Positions 50,701-64,000 of a stretch of 64,000 nucleotides of DNA are shown piece by piece (the stretch's first letter is position 1; the number at the start of each line of letters is the position of its first letter). Below the pieces are notes generated by a model. The model did not search any database. It was not told the DNA's origin and saw only the letters and a list, made by a program, of their open reading frames with translations. The stretch is from NCBI GenBank assembly GCA_023213395.1, contig CM041465.1, positions 31,007,741 to 31,071,740 on the forward strand. Direction: 5' to 3'. The stretch is from Cycas panzhihuaensis. Lineage: Eukaryota > Plantae > Cycadophyta. The translations under genes and the position numbers were made by a program.

Positions 50701-53700
50701 AAGAATCATGACCATAATTTGTATTTACTAGATTGTTTTATTGTGGCTTATTTATGAGGTTGAAGTCTTAAGAAGACCCAATCTTTCGATTGAAAAGGAT
50801 TTCTAGATTTTGTGTAGGTCTACTTGTTGTTTCATCTAATTCATGGCTAGATTTAAGTTATCCTTAAGTATTTATAATGTTCTCTCCATTTGTTCTTGTT
50901 GTTCTTAAACAATATTAACTTGTGAGATCTTTTTCCAAGTAAGAAGGGATGGGCATTCAAAGCTGTATAATTCTTAGAATGAAGACATTTTAGCAGTTGT
51001 GTGGTATGTGGTGTTGTACCACCACTTAGTTAGGTGAAGCCATTTATGCCATTGTTGTTGTTTGTTAGCCATGAAACTCAGTAGATATCCTCTTAAACAT
51101 TTGTTCAGTGCTTTTATTTGACCATCTTTCTAGGGATGGTACGCCATGCTTATAGACGGTTTTGTGCCAACTAGCTTAAATAATTCTTGCCAGAAATTAC
51201 TTGTGAATTTAGAATTGCAATTGTTGACTATAGCCTTTAGAAATCCATGGAGGTAATAGATCTCCTTGATGAAACGTTCAACAGTTTGACTTGTTTCATT
51301 ATTGCTTGGAATCCTCTTAGGTGGGCATATTTCGTTAGGTAATTGACTGATGAAGATCACATCCTTGCTTTTTGATTTAAGAAGCCCTATTATGAAATCC
51401 ATAGAGATTTCTTCCCATTTTGCTCTGGTATATGCAATGGTTGGAGTAATCCATAGCTCTTCCCACTGTTGCATCTATTTCTTTGACATATATCACACAT
51501 TGAGATGGACTTGTAGGTATTCGCTTTCATCCATTTTTAGAAAAACATATTTTGAATTTGGCGATACATCTTGTCTATCCCTATATGTCTAGCTGTTGGG
51601 GTTGAATGGGCTTCGTTGAGGATCTTTATTTTGAGTGAGGACGTAGTTTGTACTAAGATCTTCCTCTTTCGTGGAATTAGAATTCCTATGAGTTCATATT
51701 TTGCTGCTTCTTCAGTGTGGATCTCTTGTAGTGCTTTTTGGGATATGAGGTCGTTCTAGTATACTTGAATCAATTCTTCGATCCAACTTAGAGTAGCTTT
51801 GAAATGGCCTCCATGGAGATATCCTCTTACATGGTACTATCTTCGAAGATTTGAGATAACGCATCTGCAATGACATTTTCTTTTGCCTTTTTGTAAATAA
51901 TGTTGAAATCAAATGTTTGAAGTTCACTTACCCATTTCTGCTATTTGTCTTGTAATGTTTTATGGTTTAGGAAGTATTTAACGTTGTCGTGATTAATTTC
52001 GACCATGAATTTTCTTCCTAGTAAATATTAATACCATTGGTGTATGGTGTGCATGGTTGCCAACATTTTCTTGTTATAAATGGGTTTTAATTTCTTCCTT
52101 GCATTCAACTTGGGACTTTTATATGCTAATGGTCGATCCTCTTAGAGGAGTGCGATTCCTATTCCTAGTCTTGGTATGTTGCATTCTAAGATGAATGGGT
52201 AGCTGAAGTTTGGTGTTGCAAGTATTGGTGTTATGACCATTATTGTCTTCAATCATTGAAACACTTCTTTGGTTGTTTGATTCCATGCAAATGCATCATT
52301 CTTTATTAGATTTGTCAATGGTGTTGTAATATAGGCATATCTTTTAATAAATTAACGCATGAACCCAACGACCCTTCAAAAAAAATTTGTACCTATTACA
52401 TTTTTTTGGTGTGGGCCATTCCATGATAACTTGGACCTTTTTTGGATCCATATTAATACTTTCTTGTGTGATAATGTGTCTTAGATATTTTAGCTCTATT
52501 TGTTAAAAAGTACATTTGCTCTTGTTTACAAAGAATTAGTTGTCTTCTAGCATTTGTAACATGACCTTGATGTGCTCTACGCATTCTTCCCATGTTAAAC
52601 TGTAAATCAAAATGTCGTTCAAGAAGAATAACATAAATTTGCATAAGAAGAGCTTAAGTACTTTGTTTATTATACCTGGGAATATGGTTGGAGCATTGGT
52701 TAAGCCAAATGGCATAACATGGAATTTGAATAACCCTTTGTGAGTGCGAAAGGCTATTTTGTATATATATTCTACCTTGATGTGGATATGATAATATCCT
52801 GAACATAGATCGATCTTTGAAAAATACTTGGCTCCACGTAGTTTGTCCAACATGTCATTTATTCAGGAAATTATGTAGCTATTTTTTTATTATTTGTTGA
52901 GTTCTCAGTAGTCCACACACATGTGATATGACCCATCTTTTTTTCAGTTTAATATAACTGGCAATGCAAAGGGGCTAGAGCTAGGGGTAATATATCCTTA
53001 TTGCAAGATCTCTTGCATAATCTGTTCGATCTCTTTCTGAAAGTGATATGGGTGTTAACATGGTTATATGTTTGTGGGTGTTGCTTCTGGTGTTAACTTG
53101 ATGTGGTATTTGCATCCATGACTTGGGGGTAATCCTTAGGGTGGTTATTCAAAGACTTTGTTGTATTGATCGATGAGGGCCTATATTTTTGTTAGGATAT
53201 CCTCTATCTCGATGTTGTAGCATGTCATCATGTACAAAATAAGGTTTTTCCTCAACAGTTTCTCCATATAGTACGATGTCACTTGTTGAGTTTGCAGTGT
53301 CGATGGAGCTTACAATTTGTATCTACATACTTTTTAAAAAACCTCACGAAATGGGTCCTATAATTGGTAACAATATTTCTTATCTTTTATAACCATTGAA
53401 TTCTAAGGACCATGTCAACTCTTGCAATTGACATGGCAAACATGCATGTAATGGTGGAATAATATGTTATTTGTAAGTATGCTTTTTGAAAATATCTTCC
53501 ACATAGCATAGTCTTCCCATTAGCGATAACGACTTGAAATACTTTTGAGTACTTGAATTGGCAAACCTAACTTTTCCACTGTTGGCTTATTAATGAAGTT
53601 ATGAGTGCTCCTGCTATTCACTAAGATTGATATTTTTGTATTTTTTATCATTCCTTAGAATTGTATCATTTGAGGGGTGTTGACTTCATCTGTAATTGCT

Positions 53701-54071
53701 TGCAATGATATCTACACATTTTTGGTGTTTGTGTTAAGTAGTTTTTTAATCTCTGCTTCATCATTTTTGGCCTTTGACTCTTTTTCGAATTTGTCGGGAT
53801 GTCTGTGTCTTCGTTATTAATCACGAATACCTTCTTCGTTGGACACTTGTGGTCCCAATTTGATTTCCTTTTGCAATTAAAGTAAGTTCTTCTTTTACAA
53901 TGCTTGGCTTTGGAAAGTCTACTTCCTATTATCCCTTTTTCTCCGTCTTTTGTAAATGGAGGCTCAACCTTTGTGCTTGAGCGATTCTAATTGGGTTGAA
54001 AATTTTAACTTTGATATCTGGGGGGTTCGTTGTAGTAGACATGACTCTTACTTCTCGATATTCATGTGAGT
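44770..54071 (-). mobile_element. Element I: degenerate gypsy chromovirus interrupted by J; 5' end missing
   Basis: Probable 3' LTR 44770-45073 and PPT about 45077-45086. Chromodomain 50.4-50.5 kb, IN WEEISMDFI, RT FSKIDL...MPFGLTNAP...NDILIYS (52536-52853), PR about 53.6 kb, ISLQAI and gag end about 53.7-54.0 kb. Confidence 0.82.
45119..50382 (-). mobile_element. Element J: Ty1/copia retrotransposon (same lineage as D) inserted at the 3' end of the I polyprotein
   Basis: LTRs 45119-45326 and 50177-50382. Perfect TSD GAAAT. PBS (reverse complement) gctttgatacca 50165-50176 and PPT 45327-45334. gag NYHVWKIKVETLL; RT MDVKNAFLNG. Confidence 0.92.
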
Positions 54072-54369
54072 TGTTAAATATTCTATTTAATAAGAATGAA
54101 GATCTAACATTACATGATTAACTATTAAAGTAATATGAACATTCAATTTATATTATTGATGAAATTTCAAAGTAACATCATCTCTTATTAAAAATCAATA
54201 ATACACAATATGTGCATATTATTAGAGTATCCTTATGGCCCCCAGGTGTATCAAACCCATCCTCTCAACTTCATGGATGTATCAACCTAGGGTTGATACT
54301 AGGCATGTCAGTGGGTTGTGGTGAGACCAATTCCACTCAGGTCTTTTGGCACTTTGATAACTCTTAATA

Positions 54370-57300
54370 TGGTATCATAGTAGACAGTCATGCACAAGTA
54401 AGCGAGTGTTGGGTAGAGTGTTTAGATCATAGGTTGCTGGGTAATGTTGACTCAACCCTTCATTGATGATTAATTACTTTGATAACTAAAAGCATAGTTA
54501 TAATACGCAATGGTCAGGTGCCTTTCTTGTTAGATCTATTTTTGTAGGTTATTGAGACTCTTTTGTTGTGGAGAGGATGTAGATGGAAATGATGCAGATG
54601 TAGTGAGTCAAATAAACACCAGTCATGCATTGAGTTGGTATATCATCGTCTGTTATTGAGTTTCCAATTAGCAGGATAGAGTTGTAACAAATAGTCTTTG
54701 AGATCATATAGATGCATTTATCTTCATTGAGACACCACCTATAGTAAGGACACAATTATTGCTATTATCAAAGTCATCCCTCTATTGAGTCATCATTATA
54801 GGTTGAGCTATTTTTAGTAGGACATGTTGTCTTCATCATTGCTTCGTGTCTTAAATAAAGGAGTCTTTTCTAGATGCCTTGCATTTTGTTTAAAGCTATA
54901 GACAAAGTCTATATTGTACCCAACCACTGTGAAGAGTAGTTGTTGTCATAGTAGTAATGACTGAGACATTATGGAGTCACCGCTATAGAGGGGATGTTTC
55001 ATAAAATGCTCGCAGACGAAGTGCGTAATCTAGAGTTTGACATAGAATTTTGAAGTCTCAGTCTTTTATCAAGGGTCATTGGTAGCCACTATAGATGAGA
55101 TTACATTGTAAAGAGATTGCAGACGAAGCGATAATTTGCTAGTGGAGTCCCCCTTTCATGCAGTCTTTCATCTAAGCTAGAGTTTGGCATATATGTGTTA
55201 TTTTGCTTGAGTCGTGCTCCTTGTGTTTCAAATAAGGTGTAAGTGAATAGTTTCTGGTTGTTGTTTTCTTGATTATTGCATAAGTTAGATATTGTTTATT
55301 ATTATTGGGTTGTCATTATTATTAGACTTGTTAAGTTCAAAAAAGTCTTTCCATTAAATAGTCTGTTGGCTTCTCTGTAAATGGTTATCAATTTTGGTGA
55401 AAGCCTTTATATTTTTGAGTTATTGGAACAAACTATTTTTGGGGGAATATAACATGTGAGAGGTTGGTTTAGTGTCCTTATATTTGCCATTTTTTATCAT
55501 AGAGAAGTTAGTTCCTTTGGTCATTTTCAATGGAAGTAATTTTAATGAATGGAAGGCAAATATAGAACTGGTCCTCATGATGAACCAACTTTGGGGCACT
55601 ACCAAATTAGAATTGTTGGCCATTCTCTTGGATGAGAAAGAGCATATACGTACTGAGGAAAAATAGTTCATGGTTGTGGGTTTGCTTAAGTTATCTTTGG
55701 TTCTAGACTAGAGAGCTTTAGTCCACAACCTTGAATCACCTCATGAGATCTGGACAAAGCTGTGTGAGATGTTTGAGAAGAGGAAAACTAATTGTCATGT
55801 CGCTCTTATGATGGAATTGTTGAATTCAAAAGTAGAAAATGAGAATAATATAAGTGCATACCTGAATAAGATTATTGATTTGAGGAATATGTTAAATGAA
55901 TTGAATTCAAACTCAATTGATGATGCATTGTTTTTTGCAATTATCACATCGAAATTGTCAGCCATATTTGCAACCTTCCAAACTATCTATATAAGAGATG
56001 AAGTTATAGAAGGTGAATCATTTGAGTCACTGAAAAACCTGATTCTAGTAAAGGACGCCAAGCTGAAGCATCACAGAATACTTGCTGGTTCAAATTCAAA
56101 TCAAGCTTTGGTCATGAAGGCACAAAGGAAAGATGTTTTTCAAGAGGGTAAGTTCACACAGAAAATAGGTGAGACATCTTGAGAGAAGAAGAAGTTTATG
56201 GGTAAGTGCAATTATTGTAAGAAGGAGGACAACAAAGAGAAGAATTATTAGTTTAAGAAGCAAGATAAGCGCAAGGCTCACAAGGATGACAAAGGAAAGA
56301 GCGTAGTAGCATATTGTTTTAGGGTATTAACGTTGTTAGCTGAGTTAAATCATAAAGACTATTATATCCTATACTCTAGTGCACAGAAACACATCACCTA
56401 TCAGAAGCAAAACTTTGATGCCTTTGATGCAGGTTCAAGTGATGCTAATGTCATTCTTGGAGATGCTTGTATATTGGTTGTAGAAGGTGTTAGTTATGTT
56501 TCACTTGTAAGAGGTAAGTTCAATGGAGCTTATTATGTGTCAAAGATGTTACTTAATATTCTTTTTGCATGGAAAATTTGTAAACAAGATATGAAAATTG
56601 AGCTTTACAATAAGAGATGCATAGTTAAAGATTCTAAGGAGAATTTATGTATTATTACTACTAGGAGAGTGCAAGATAACTTTTGGGTGTTTGAGAAATT
56701 TAGAACCCAAAAGGATTTATATGTTTTTGTTACTAGTGTTGATATGAGTAAGTTACGGCATGAGCATTTGGGACATCTTAATTATAGGATCATAAATCTT
56801 ATGAATAGGTTAAAGATGGTGGTAGGTTTACCACAGGTTCCATGTTCATATAGTGTTTGTGAAGGATATATATATAGAAAGCACCATCACTATCATTTTT
56901 CTAAGGATTGTGCTTGGAGAGCAAATGAGAAGTTGAAACTTGTACATACTAATTTGATGGGGCCACTATCAAATCTTTCTATATTAGGTGCTCGATTTGT
57001 CCTTATGTTTGTAGATGATTATAGCAAGAAAGCTTAGGCCTTCTTTTTGAAAAACAAGTATGAAATATTTGATCATTTTTATGAATGGAAAGTTAGTGTT
57101 GAGAATGTGGGTGATAAAAAAATAAAGAAAATGAATATGATAATACTGCCTTTAATAAGTTTTGCATTGATCATGGTATCAAACAGGAATTAATCATCTC
57201 ATATGCCCCACAACAAAGTGATGTTGCAAAGAGGAAAAATCATACCTTGATGGAGATGGTGAGGTGTATGGTGTATGCAAAGAATCTACTGCCAATGTTT

Positions 57301-59635
57301 TGGGCAGAAACTGTTGCAACAACTATTTATATTCTGAATAGGGTACCTATAAAAGTTGTTCATGGCATTATCCCCAAAGAGTGTTAGACTAGTCAAAAAC
57401 TTTCCATTAATTATTTCAAGGTATTTGGATGCATTACATATGCACACATCCGGATGCATATCGAAAGAAGTTGGGGTGTTCACAAGAGAGTAAGGCTTAT
57501 AGGCTTTGGGATCCATAAGAGAAGAAGCTTTTGGTTAGTCAGGATGTTAAGTTTGATGAGTTGATGACGTACCGTTATGAAAGGTCATCTGAATATAGAT
57601 TTTATCCTTCACTTCTTCCATTTCTAAGCTATGTTTTAATAGGTGTTAGGGTTTATGAGCTTAACATTGTGTCAGAAATGGAAGTAGGACCAAGTGGGAG
57701 TAATAATGAGGAGTTGTTGTAAGAGGAGATATGTACAACACTATGTGTTCCATTATGGACAAGGAGGATTATTGAGGAACCTGGTGTGATAGTGGAAGAT
57801 CTTGAAGGTGGACGAAGAACAAGAAGTCAAAATGCTAGTCACTCTTTGGTGGTGGACACCAACAATTCCAACGATCCTATTTCGTATGAAGAAGCGGAAG
57901 AAGATCTGCAATGGAGAGTTGCAATAGAGGAATATAGTTCCATTATGAAGAATACTATATGGGATTTGGTTCCCTTACATCTATCCAAGAACCTACTCAG
58001 TTGCAAGTGGGTTTATGAGACAAACTTTCGCTCCAATAGAGAGATAGACAAGTATAAGGTTATACTTGTTGTACAAGGCTTCAAATAGAAAGAAAGAATT
58101 GGATGTGAGGAGACATTTTCACCAGTATCTAAGATGACAATGGTTTGATTGATCCTTGATTTACTAGCTACATATGTTTGGGAGTTATACTAAATGGACA
58201 TGAAGTCAACATTCCTTAACAAAGACTTGAAAGAGAAGATCTATATAGTTCAACCTCTTGGTTTCATGAAGGAAGGACATAAGCATTTGGTGTGTCGTTT
58301 GAATAAATCTTTTTATGGCCTAAAACAAGTACTTCATGCTTGGTATGATAAGATAGATGCTAGATTGAAGGAGGATGGTTTTGTGATAATGGAATTGGAT
58401 TTAAGTATTTATATTTGAAGAAAACAGAACTTCATTATTTCTTGGGCATTGAGGTAGATGGATGATCGCATTATCATGTGGTAATCGAGATATGTAGAAA
58501 ACTTGCTTGAGGGATTTAGGATGAAGGATAGTAAACTAATGAAGATACCATATGTAAAGGGCACGAAGCTTCTGAAAGATATGAATAAGCCAACTGGAGA
58601 TGGACTTTATTTTGGCAATTGGTAGGGAGTTTGATTTACTCAACTTATATTAGGCCTAATATTACTTATACTATTTGATTGGTATCTTGTTACATGCAGA
58701 GTCCCCAAGAACCTTATTGGGTTGCGTTACAAAGAGGATTTTGAAGTATGTTAAGGGAAAATATAATCTTAGCCTTGAATACCTTCGTAGTGGAGAGGCA
58801 ACATTGCATTGGTATATTGATGCTAATTGGGGTGGAGATGTTGAAGAGAAGAAATCAACTACTGGATACATTTTTGGTATTGACAATGGGTTTATATCAT
58901 GGTAATCCGAAAAAACAAACCACCGTTGCATTATCTTTTAAAGAGATTAAATAGCAAGGACTAAGTGTAGGTATAAGGGAAGCAGTATGGTTGCAAAGAC
59001 TTTTAGAGAATCTTAGAACATCTTCTAGCACACATGTTATACATATTGATAATAAGAGTGCTATTCAACTTTCAAAGAATCCAGAATTTCAGGCATGTAC
59101 AAAATATATTGAGATCCAGTATCAGTACATCTGTGAACAGATTAGACTGGAGAAGTTGCAGGTTCAATTTTGTCTAAATGAAGAATAATTTGTGGATGTA
59201 TTCACCAAATCTCTTATTGAAGACCATTTCATCAGGATTTGTACCAATTTGGCATTTAGTGAAGCTATCCTTGAGGGGGGATATATCAACAAGGATAAAG
59301 ACAAAGGATAGTCTAACACTTGGGAGGACTTCAAGACCCTATATTTATATTAAGGGGGGATGTTAGAGGAGTAACTTAACCTAACTAATATTAATGTGGT
59401 GCATTATGATATAATATTATGATTATATAGGCCGATAGATATATATTTGAGACACTTATAGATCTATTTAAAAGGATCCTAAGTCTATTGTATTTTAATC
59501 TTTTTGGCATCAATATAATCTATTATTCTGTGGTGAGTTTTTACTGCAAGGTTTTCCACACCAATTCTGTCTCTATGTATTTGTTTCTTTCATGCTTGTT
59601 GTATATATAAACAATCTATATTTTTGTTTTTAACA
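54370..59635 (+). mobile_element. Element K: old Ty1/copia element; no matching 5' LTR found
   Basis: PBS tggtatcatag 54370-54380. gag FNGSNFNEWK at about 55525, IN HTNLMGP...FVDDYS, RT MDMKSTFLN, RH DNKSAI. PPT 59351-59360 and 3' LTR 59361-59635. Confidence 0.8.
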
Positions 59636-59639
59636 TATA

Positions 59640-62600
59640 TATATAAATTTTAAATGGAATCAAATTCCTACTTATGTGACATGTGATGTCAAAGTTGTAA
59701 CCTTTAATAATTCATCACTCACATTACAATATAATAATCCAAAAATCTAATAATGCACAAACTTTAAGGAGAGCCTCATAACTTAAGTTGTAAGCCGTAA
59801 AATAAACATTGATGTCAACACTCCCCCTTAACGTTTGTTTCATTTTTTTTGATACCTAAGCCGTCCCCAAAAATTTGAAATCTTTTTTATCTCAATAGTT
59901 TGGTGAAGATGTAAGCTAGTTGTATACCATCTTTATCACACATTTTTGAATCAATTTTCGAATAAAGTGATGATATCCCTCAATGTGTTTGGTATGAGAG
60001 TGGTATGCAAGATTCTTCACAATCTTTAAGGTACTATGATTGTCACAATATAAGATGGTTGGTTTTAATTATAGTAATCCCATGTCCTCTAGAATATATT
60101 TTGATCAAATGGCTGCGCAATTATAGTCTTGTATTTTGCTTTAGTTTGTGATAAAGCAATATTTGATTGCTTTTTACTATTTTATATAACAATAGCCAAT
60201 CTTAAATTAAAACAATATCCAGAAGTTGACCTCTTGCTATCTACACATTTGATCTAATCAGAATCTATAAATCTTGTTAACTTGAAATCATCGTTATTAT
60301 GGAATTTGAGTCCATGTTGAATTGTCCCTTTCATGTATTTGAGGAATTTTTCTTGTAGTTTTTTAGTGACTATTTTTGCATTATCATAAATTTGGATACT
60401 ATTCCAACTACAAAATTAATATCAAGTTTGGTAGTGTGATTAGGTATATTAGACTTCCCACTAGTTGCTTGTACAAAGTAGAATCAACAATTGCTCTATC
60501 ATTTTCAGTTGATAATCATGAACATATTTCCATGGGGGTAGACATAGGTTTACAATCGCCCATTTTGAATTTCTTTAGAATTTTTCAGGTGTATTTTTCC
60601 TATGATATGAAGACATGTTCAAGGCTTTGTCATACTTCCATTCTAAGGAAGTAGTGTAAAGTTCCAAGATTTGTTATATCAAAAAAATAACTCAGATCTC
60701 CTTTCAAGTTTGATATCATTGTATTATTACTTATTATTAGTAGATCGTCAATATAAAACACCACAAACATAATATACCATTTTTTTCTTTGATGTAAATA
60801 TTTGAATTAGCTCGAAATCTTTAAAATCTATTCTTTAAAAGGTATTGATCAATTTTTTCATATTAGGCTCGAGGAACTTGTGTCAGGTTGTACAAAGGCC
60901 TTTTAAGCCAGTATACCAAGTGCTCAACTCTTTTCAACAAAGTTAGATGGTTGCTTCATATCGACTTCCTCATGTAAATTCCCATTGAAGAATGTGCTTT
61001 TTACATCCATTTGTTGTAGTTGTCAATTGAATTTAGTAGCTATTACCATAATGATTCGAATGGTGTACATTTTTGTAACAAAAGTGAATGTTTCTTAGTA
61101 GTCAACCATTTCTAACTACTTGAAGCCTTTCATTACAAGTCAAGCTTTATATTTATTTATAGATCTATTCTATTTGAACTTTTTCTTGTAGATCCACTTG
61201 TATTCAATTTCATGCTTTCTAGCAGGCAATTTGACCAAATCTCATATGTGTTTTTTTGTGAAAGTTTGGATTTCATATTCCATAATGTCATTTCACTTTT
61301 ATTCATTAATTGCTTCTTCAATCATGGATGGTTCACTTGAATCTAATACATGAGTCGTGAGAGCCATATTCTCGTGTTTAAAAGGTCATATTTTTTATTT
61401 TTGCTTTCCTTTAAAATTAGATAACAATCTTTTAGCATTTTCCATAGTTTTTGTGTACCATTTCAGAAGCTTCTTTCTTGATGATGAAGGTGTTAAATTC
61501 GACACTTTTTCCTACTTTGGCTTTTGTTCTTTCTTCGATGTATTTTTAGATTTTGCTTGTGCAAACTAAAAAGATTCAAATTCTACTTCATCACTAATAT
61601 CTATCAGCTCATATTCAGGTTGAATTATATCCCTTGACGTATTGCATTCAGTTAGCTCTTCATCCTAATCTTCAACCTCAATTGAATTAATATTCTATGT
61701 TTCTTCTTCATGAAATATCATGCCATGAGTTATATACTCTGCACACTTTGCTTTCTTTGGAGTGTCTTACAAGGATGCAATCCATGTTTTCATCATCCAA
61801 TTTTTGTCATTTTTCCTTTGGAATATGCATGTATACATTACAACTAAAGATTCTCAGATGACTAACTATTGGTATCCTACCTGACCAAGCTTTCTTAGGG
61901 GTGACATTTCTCATTGCCTTTGTAGTACTTCTATTTGTTCAATATATCACCCTGTTTACAGCTTCGTCCCATAAGAAATCTGATACATTCTTACCTTTCA
62001 TCATTGCTTTGGATTTCTCAACCAAAGTTCTGTTCATTCTCTCAGCAACTCAATTTTGATGAAGTGTATAGGCAGTAGTAAGTTGCCTCTGAATTTCATG
62101 ATCCTTGTAGAACTAAGTGAATTTATATGAAGTGTAGTCTCCACCATTGTCAATTTGTAGGACCTTGATTTTGTGACCACTTTCATTCTCTGCTAACACC
62201 TTAAATTGCTTAAAATAAGTGAAGGATTTTGATTTTTTTCTCAATGGAAAACCCATAATTTTCTTGAAAAATCGTCGATGAATGTGAGAAAGAATCTTGC
62301 TTTCTCTAGTGAGACAATAGGCATTGGTCCACAAATGTTGGAATGAACCAATTTTAACTTTTTCTTCACTCCCCATGGTTTTTTCTTTGGAAATGGTTTT
62401 TTGTGCTACTTACTAAAAATACAAGGTTCACATAAACAACTTTTATTTTCAATGAAAGGTAAATGATAACACAATTTTCAATTTATACATTAAGTGGAGA
62501 CTAGAGTAATTCAAATGGACCATTATTTCATGCCATAACTTTTTTTTAGGTGATATAGTAAGGAATTCTCTCTATGCATAAGTGTATTCTTCTAATTTAT

Positions 62601-63350
62601 ACATATTGTTCTCTCTTATTCCTATGGCTATAATCTCGTGTTTATTTAGGACCATGCATTGTCTTTGAGTAATCATTACAATTATATCCTTATTGTTCAA
62701 TTTCACCAACTGACACAAGATTAACCTTCAAATTAGGTATATACATGACATTCTCTAGATGTATTTTATAACTATTTAGTAAAGTGAATGGTATTTTTTG
62801 AATTCCAATTGCCTCCAATTCAATGTCATCATTAATGGTTATTTTCTTATTTATTTGTTATATTTCGCTAAACTATTTCAACTTTCTTGTCATGTGTTTT
62901 GATGCACCTAAATCAATAAACCATACATCTAGTATAATAGAACTCATTTTGTATGCTACAACAAACAACCTTGTCATGATTGTATTTGGTGTCTCTTGAT
63001 CTGAGTCCATCACATGACCACATTGTGTAAGTGCCCATTATTATCGTTACTGTTACTTTTGTTATTAGGGTTGATTCTAAGTTTGTTGAAATTGTTGTTG
63101 TTGTTTCCATACCCAATAAATTTTTTTAGTGTGGCTTAACTTCTCACAATGACAATATTTGGCCCTATATTGTCCCTTTGAAGCTCCCTTTTTGTCCTTC
63201 TAAACTATTGTTTTAGGTGTATTCATTTTTGAAATATAAGCCTTTTTTCTATTAAATTTTGATGCTTGTGCTCTAGAAGATTCACTGTGCATATGCTTCA
63301 ATTTCTATTCATGTTTTATGAGACATATTTTTCCAAAGGGTCTCCTCAAA
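59640..63350 (-). mobile_element. Element L: old Ty1/copia element, interrupted in gag by M
   Basis: PPT (reverse complement) ctccccctt 59821-59829 next to an LTR end ...tcaaca at 59820. RH, RT, IN (IDNGGDY) and PR (WFIDLGASKHMT, about 62.9 kb) remnants. Confidence 0.8.
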
Positions 63351-64000
63351 TGGTAGTAAAACAGATGATTTGCAACCACTTTATCCAACCAGAAAGAGCA
63401 AGAAGATAACCAAAGAGACTTGAGAGCAAAAGAGTATCAATTGATCACCAAAAGAGAGTATTAGAGTACAATTCTTATAAGAGAGCAATAACAAGTTGAC
63501 CATTTTCTATAATCCACGACCTTTAAATAGACAAAAGAGGGTCTTTTTCAAGCAATCTTATTAGTGGCCCAAGTGGCTTTACATTTCATTAGACAACTTA
63601 GCGAACAACACGCAAAGTTTCATAACTAACATTATCACTTAACTATATGGCATCTCTCTACATGTTAATGCTTTATATAACTAGCAAGATTAGTTATGTA
63701 ATAGGTCCCCCTCTCTGAGGTGTTGAGTCCCTGAGGTAATTGAGATAAGGATGTTGTTTGACAAAATCATGAGATTCCCAAGTTACTTTGTCCAAGCTGT
63801 AGTTGGTCCATTTTATTAAATATTCAAAAATTAATCAATTTTAGAGATGGCATTGTTTATTGGCTTGGATACATTTTGGAGGGACGATAACGGATTGTTC
63901 TTCATAAAAAACTAGTAAAACTATTTAGAGGACGTGGGTTTTTCTAATACACTTCTTGAGATAAGAAACATGAAAAACATTATGGATTTTAGTGGTAGGA
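63351..64000 (-). mobile_element. Element M: 3' end of a gypsy chromovirus, cut by the window edge
   Basis: Chromodomain EYLIKWTNYSLDKVTWES at about 63770-63825. PPT (reverse complement) ccccctctct 63707-63716. Probable LTR 63351-63703. Confidence 0.75.

Noticed and set aside
54235-54270. tRNA B-box-like word on the minus strand (gggtttgatacacc)
   Set aside because: No A-box, cloverleaf or poly(A)/TSD is seen, which is insufficient for a tRNA or SINE call.
1-64000. CRISPR arrays, rRNA/tRNA genes or prokaryote-type operons
   Set aside because: No repeat-spacer periodicity or structural RNA gene was seen. The tggtatcagagc words are PBSs complementary to tRNA-iMet, not tRNA genes.

Overview
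This AT-rich, CpG-depleted window looks like a large plant genome; a gymnosperm or fern is an inference, not shown. Most of it is decayed, nested LTR retrotransposons, whose structure I reconstructed from LTR pairs, tRNA-iMet primer binding sites (PBS), polypurine tracts (PPT) and target-site duplications (TSD). Positions 1-28.3 kb hold a five-level nest: chromovirus Z > copia A (TSD CAGAT) > copia B (ATTAT/ATTAC) > pol-less element C > copia D (TTTTG) and chromovirus E (CATCT). The nest appears to lie in a >29 kb intron of the one host gene seen, the terminal coding exon of a plant eIF4B-like gene (29492-30845, +). That exon has a long tail of about 15 degenerate 18-aa repeats. Downstream are a LINE 3' fragment and a second cluster: gypsy F, copia H carrying pol-less G, gypsy I carrying copia J, copia K and L, and gypsy M. 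The best leads are three. (1) C and G have dissimilar LTRs and no pol, yet share a gag-derived ORF with an identical basic peptide, NLTKNQKKKLKRKAKK, encoded by largely different synonymous codons. (2) C carries an apparently full-length, intronless phospholipase A2-family gene in antisense. (3) The eIF4B tail is repeat-expanded. All family assignments come from motif recognition by eye; no searches were run.
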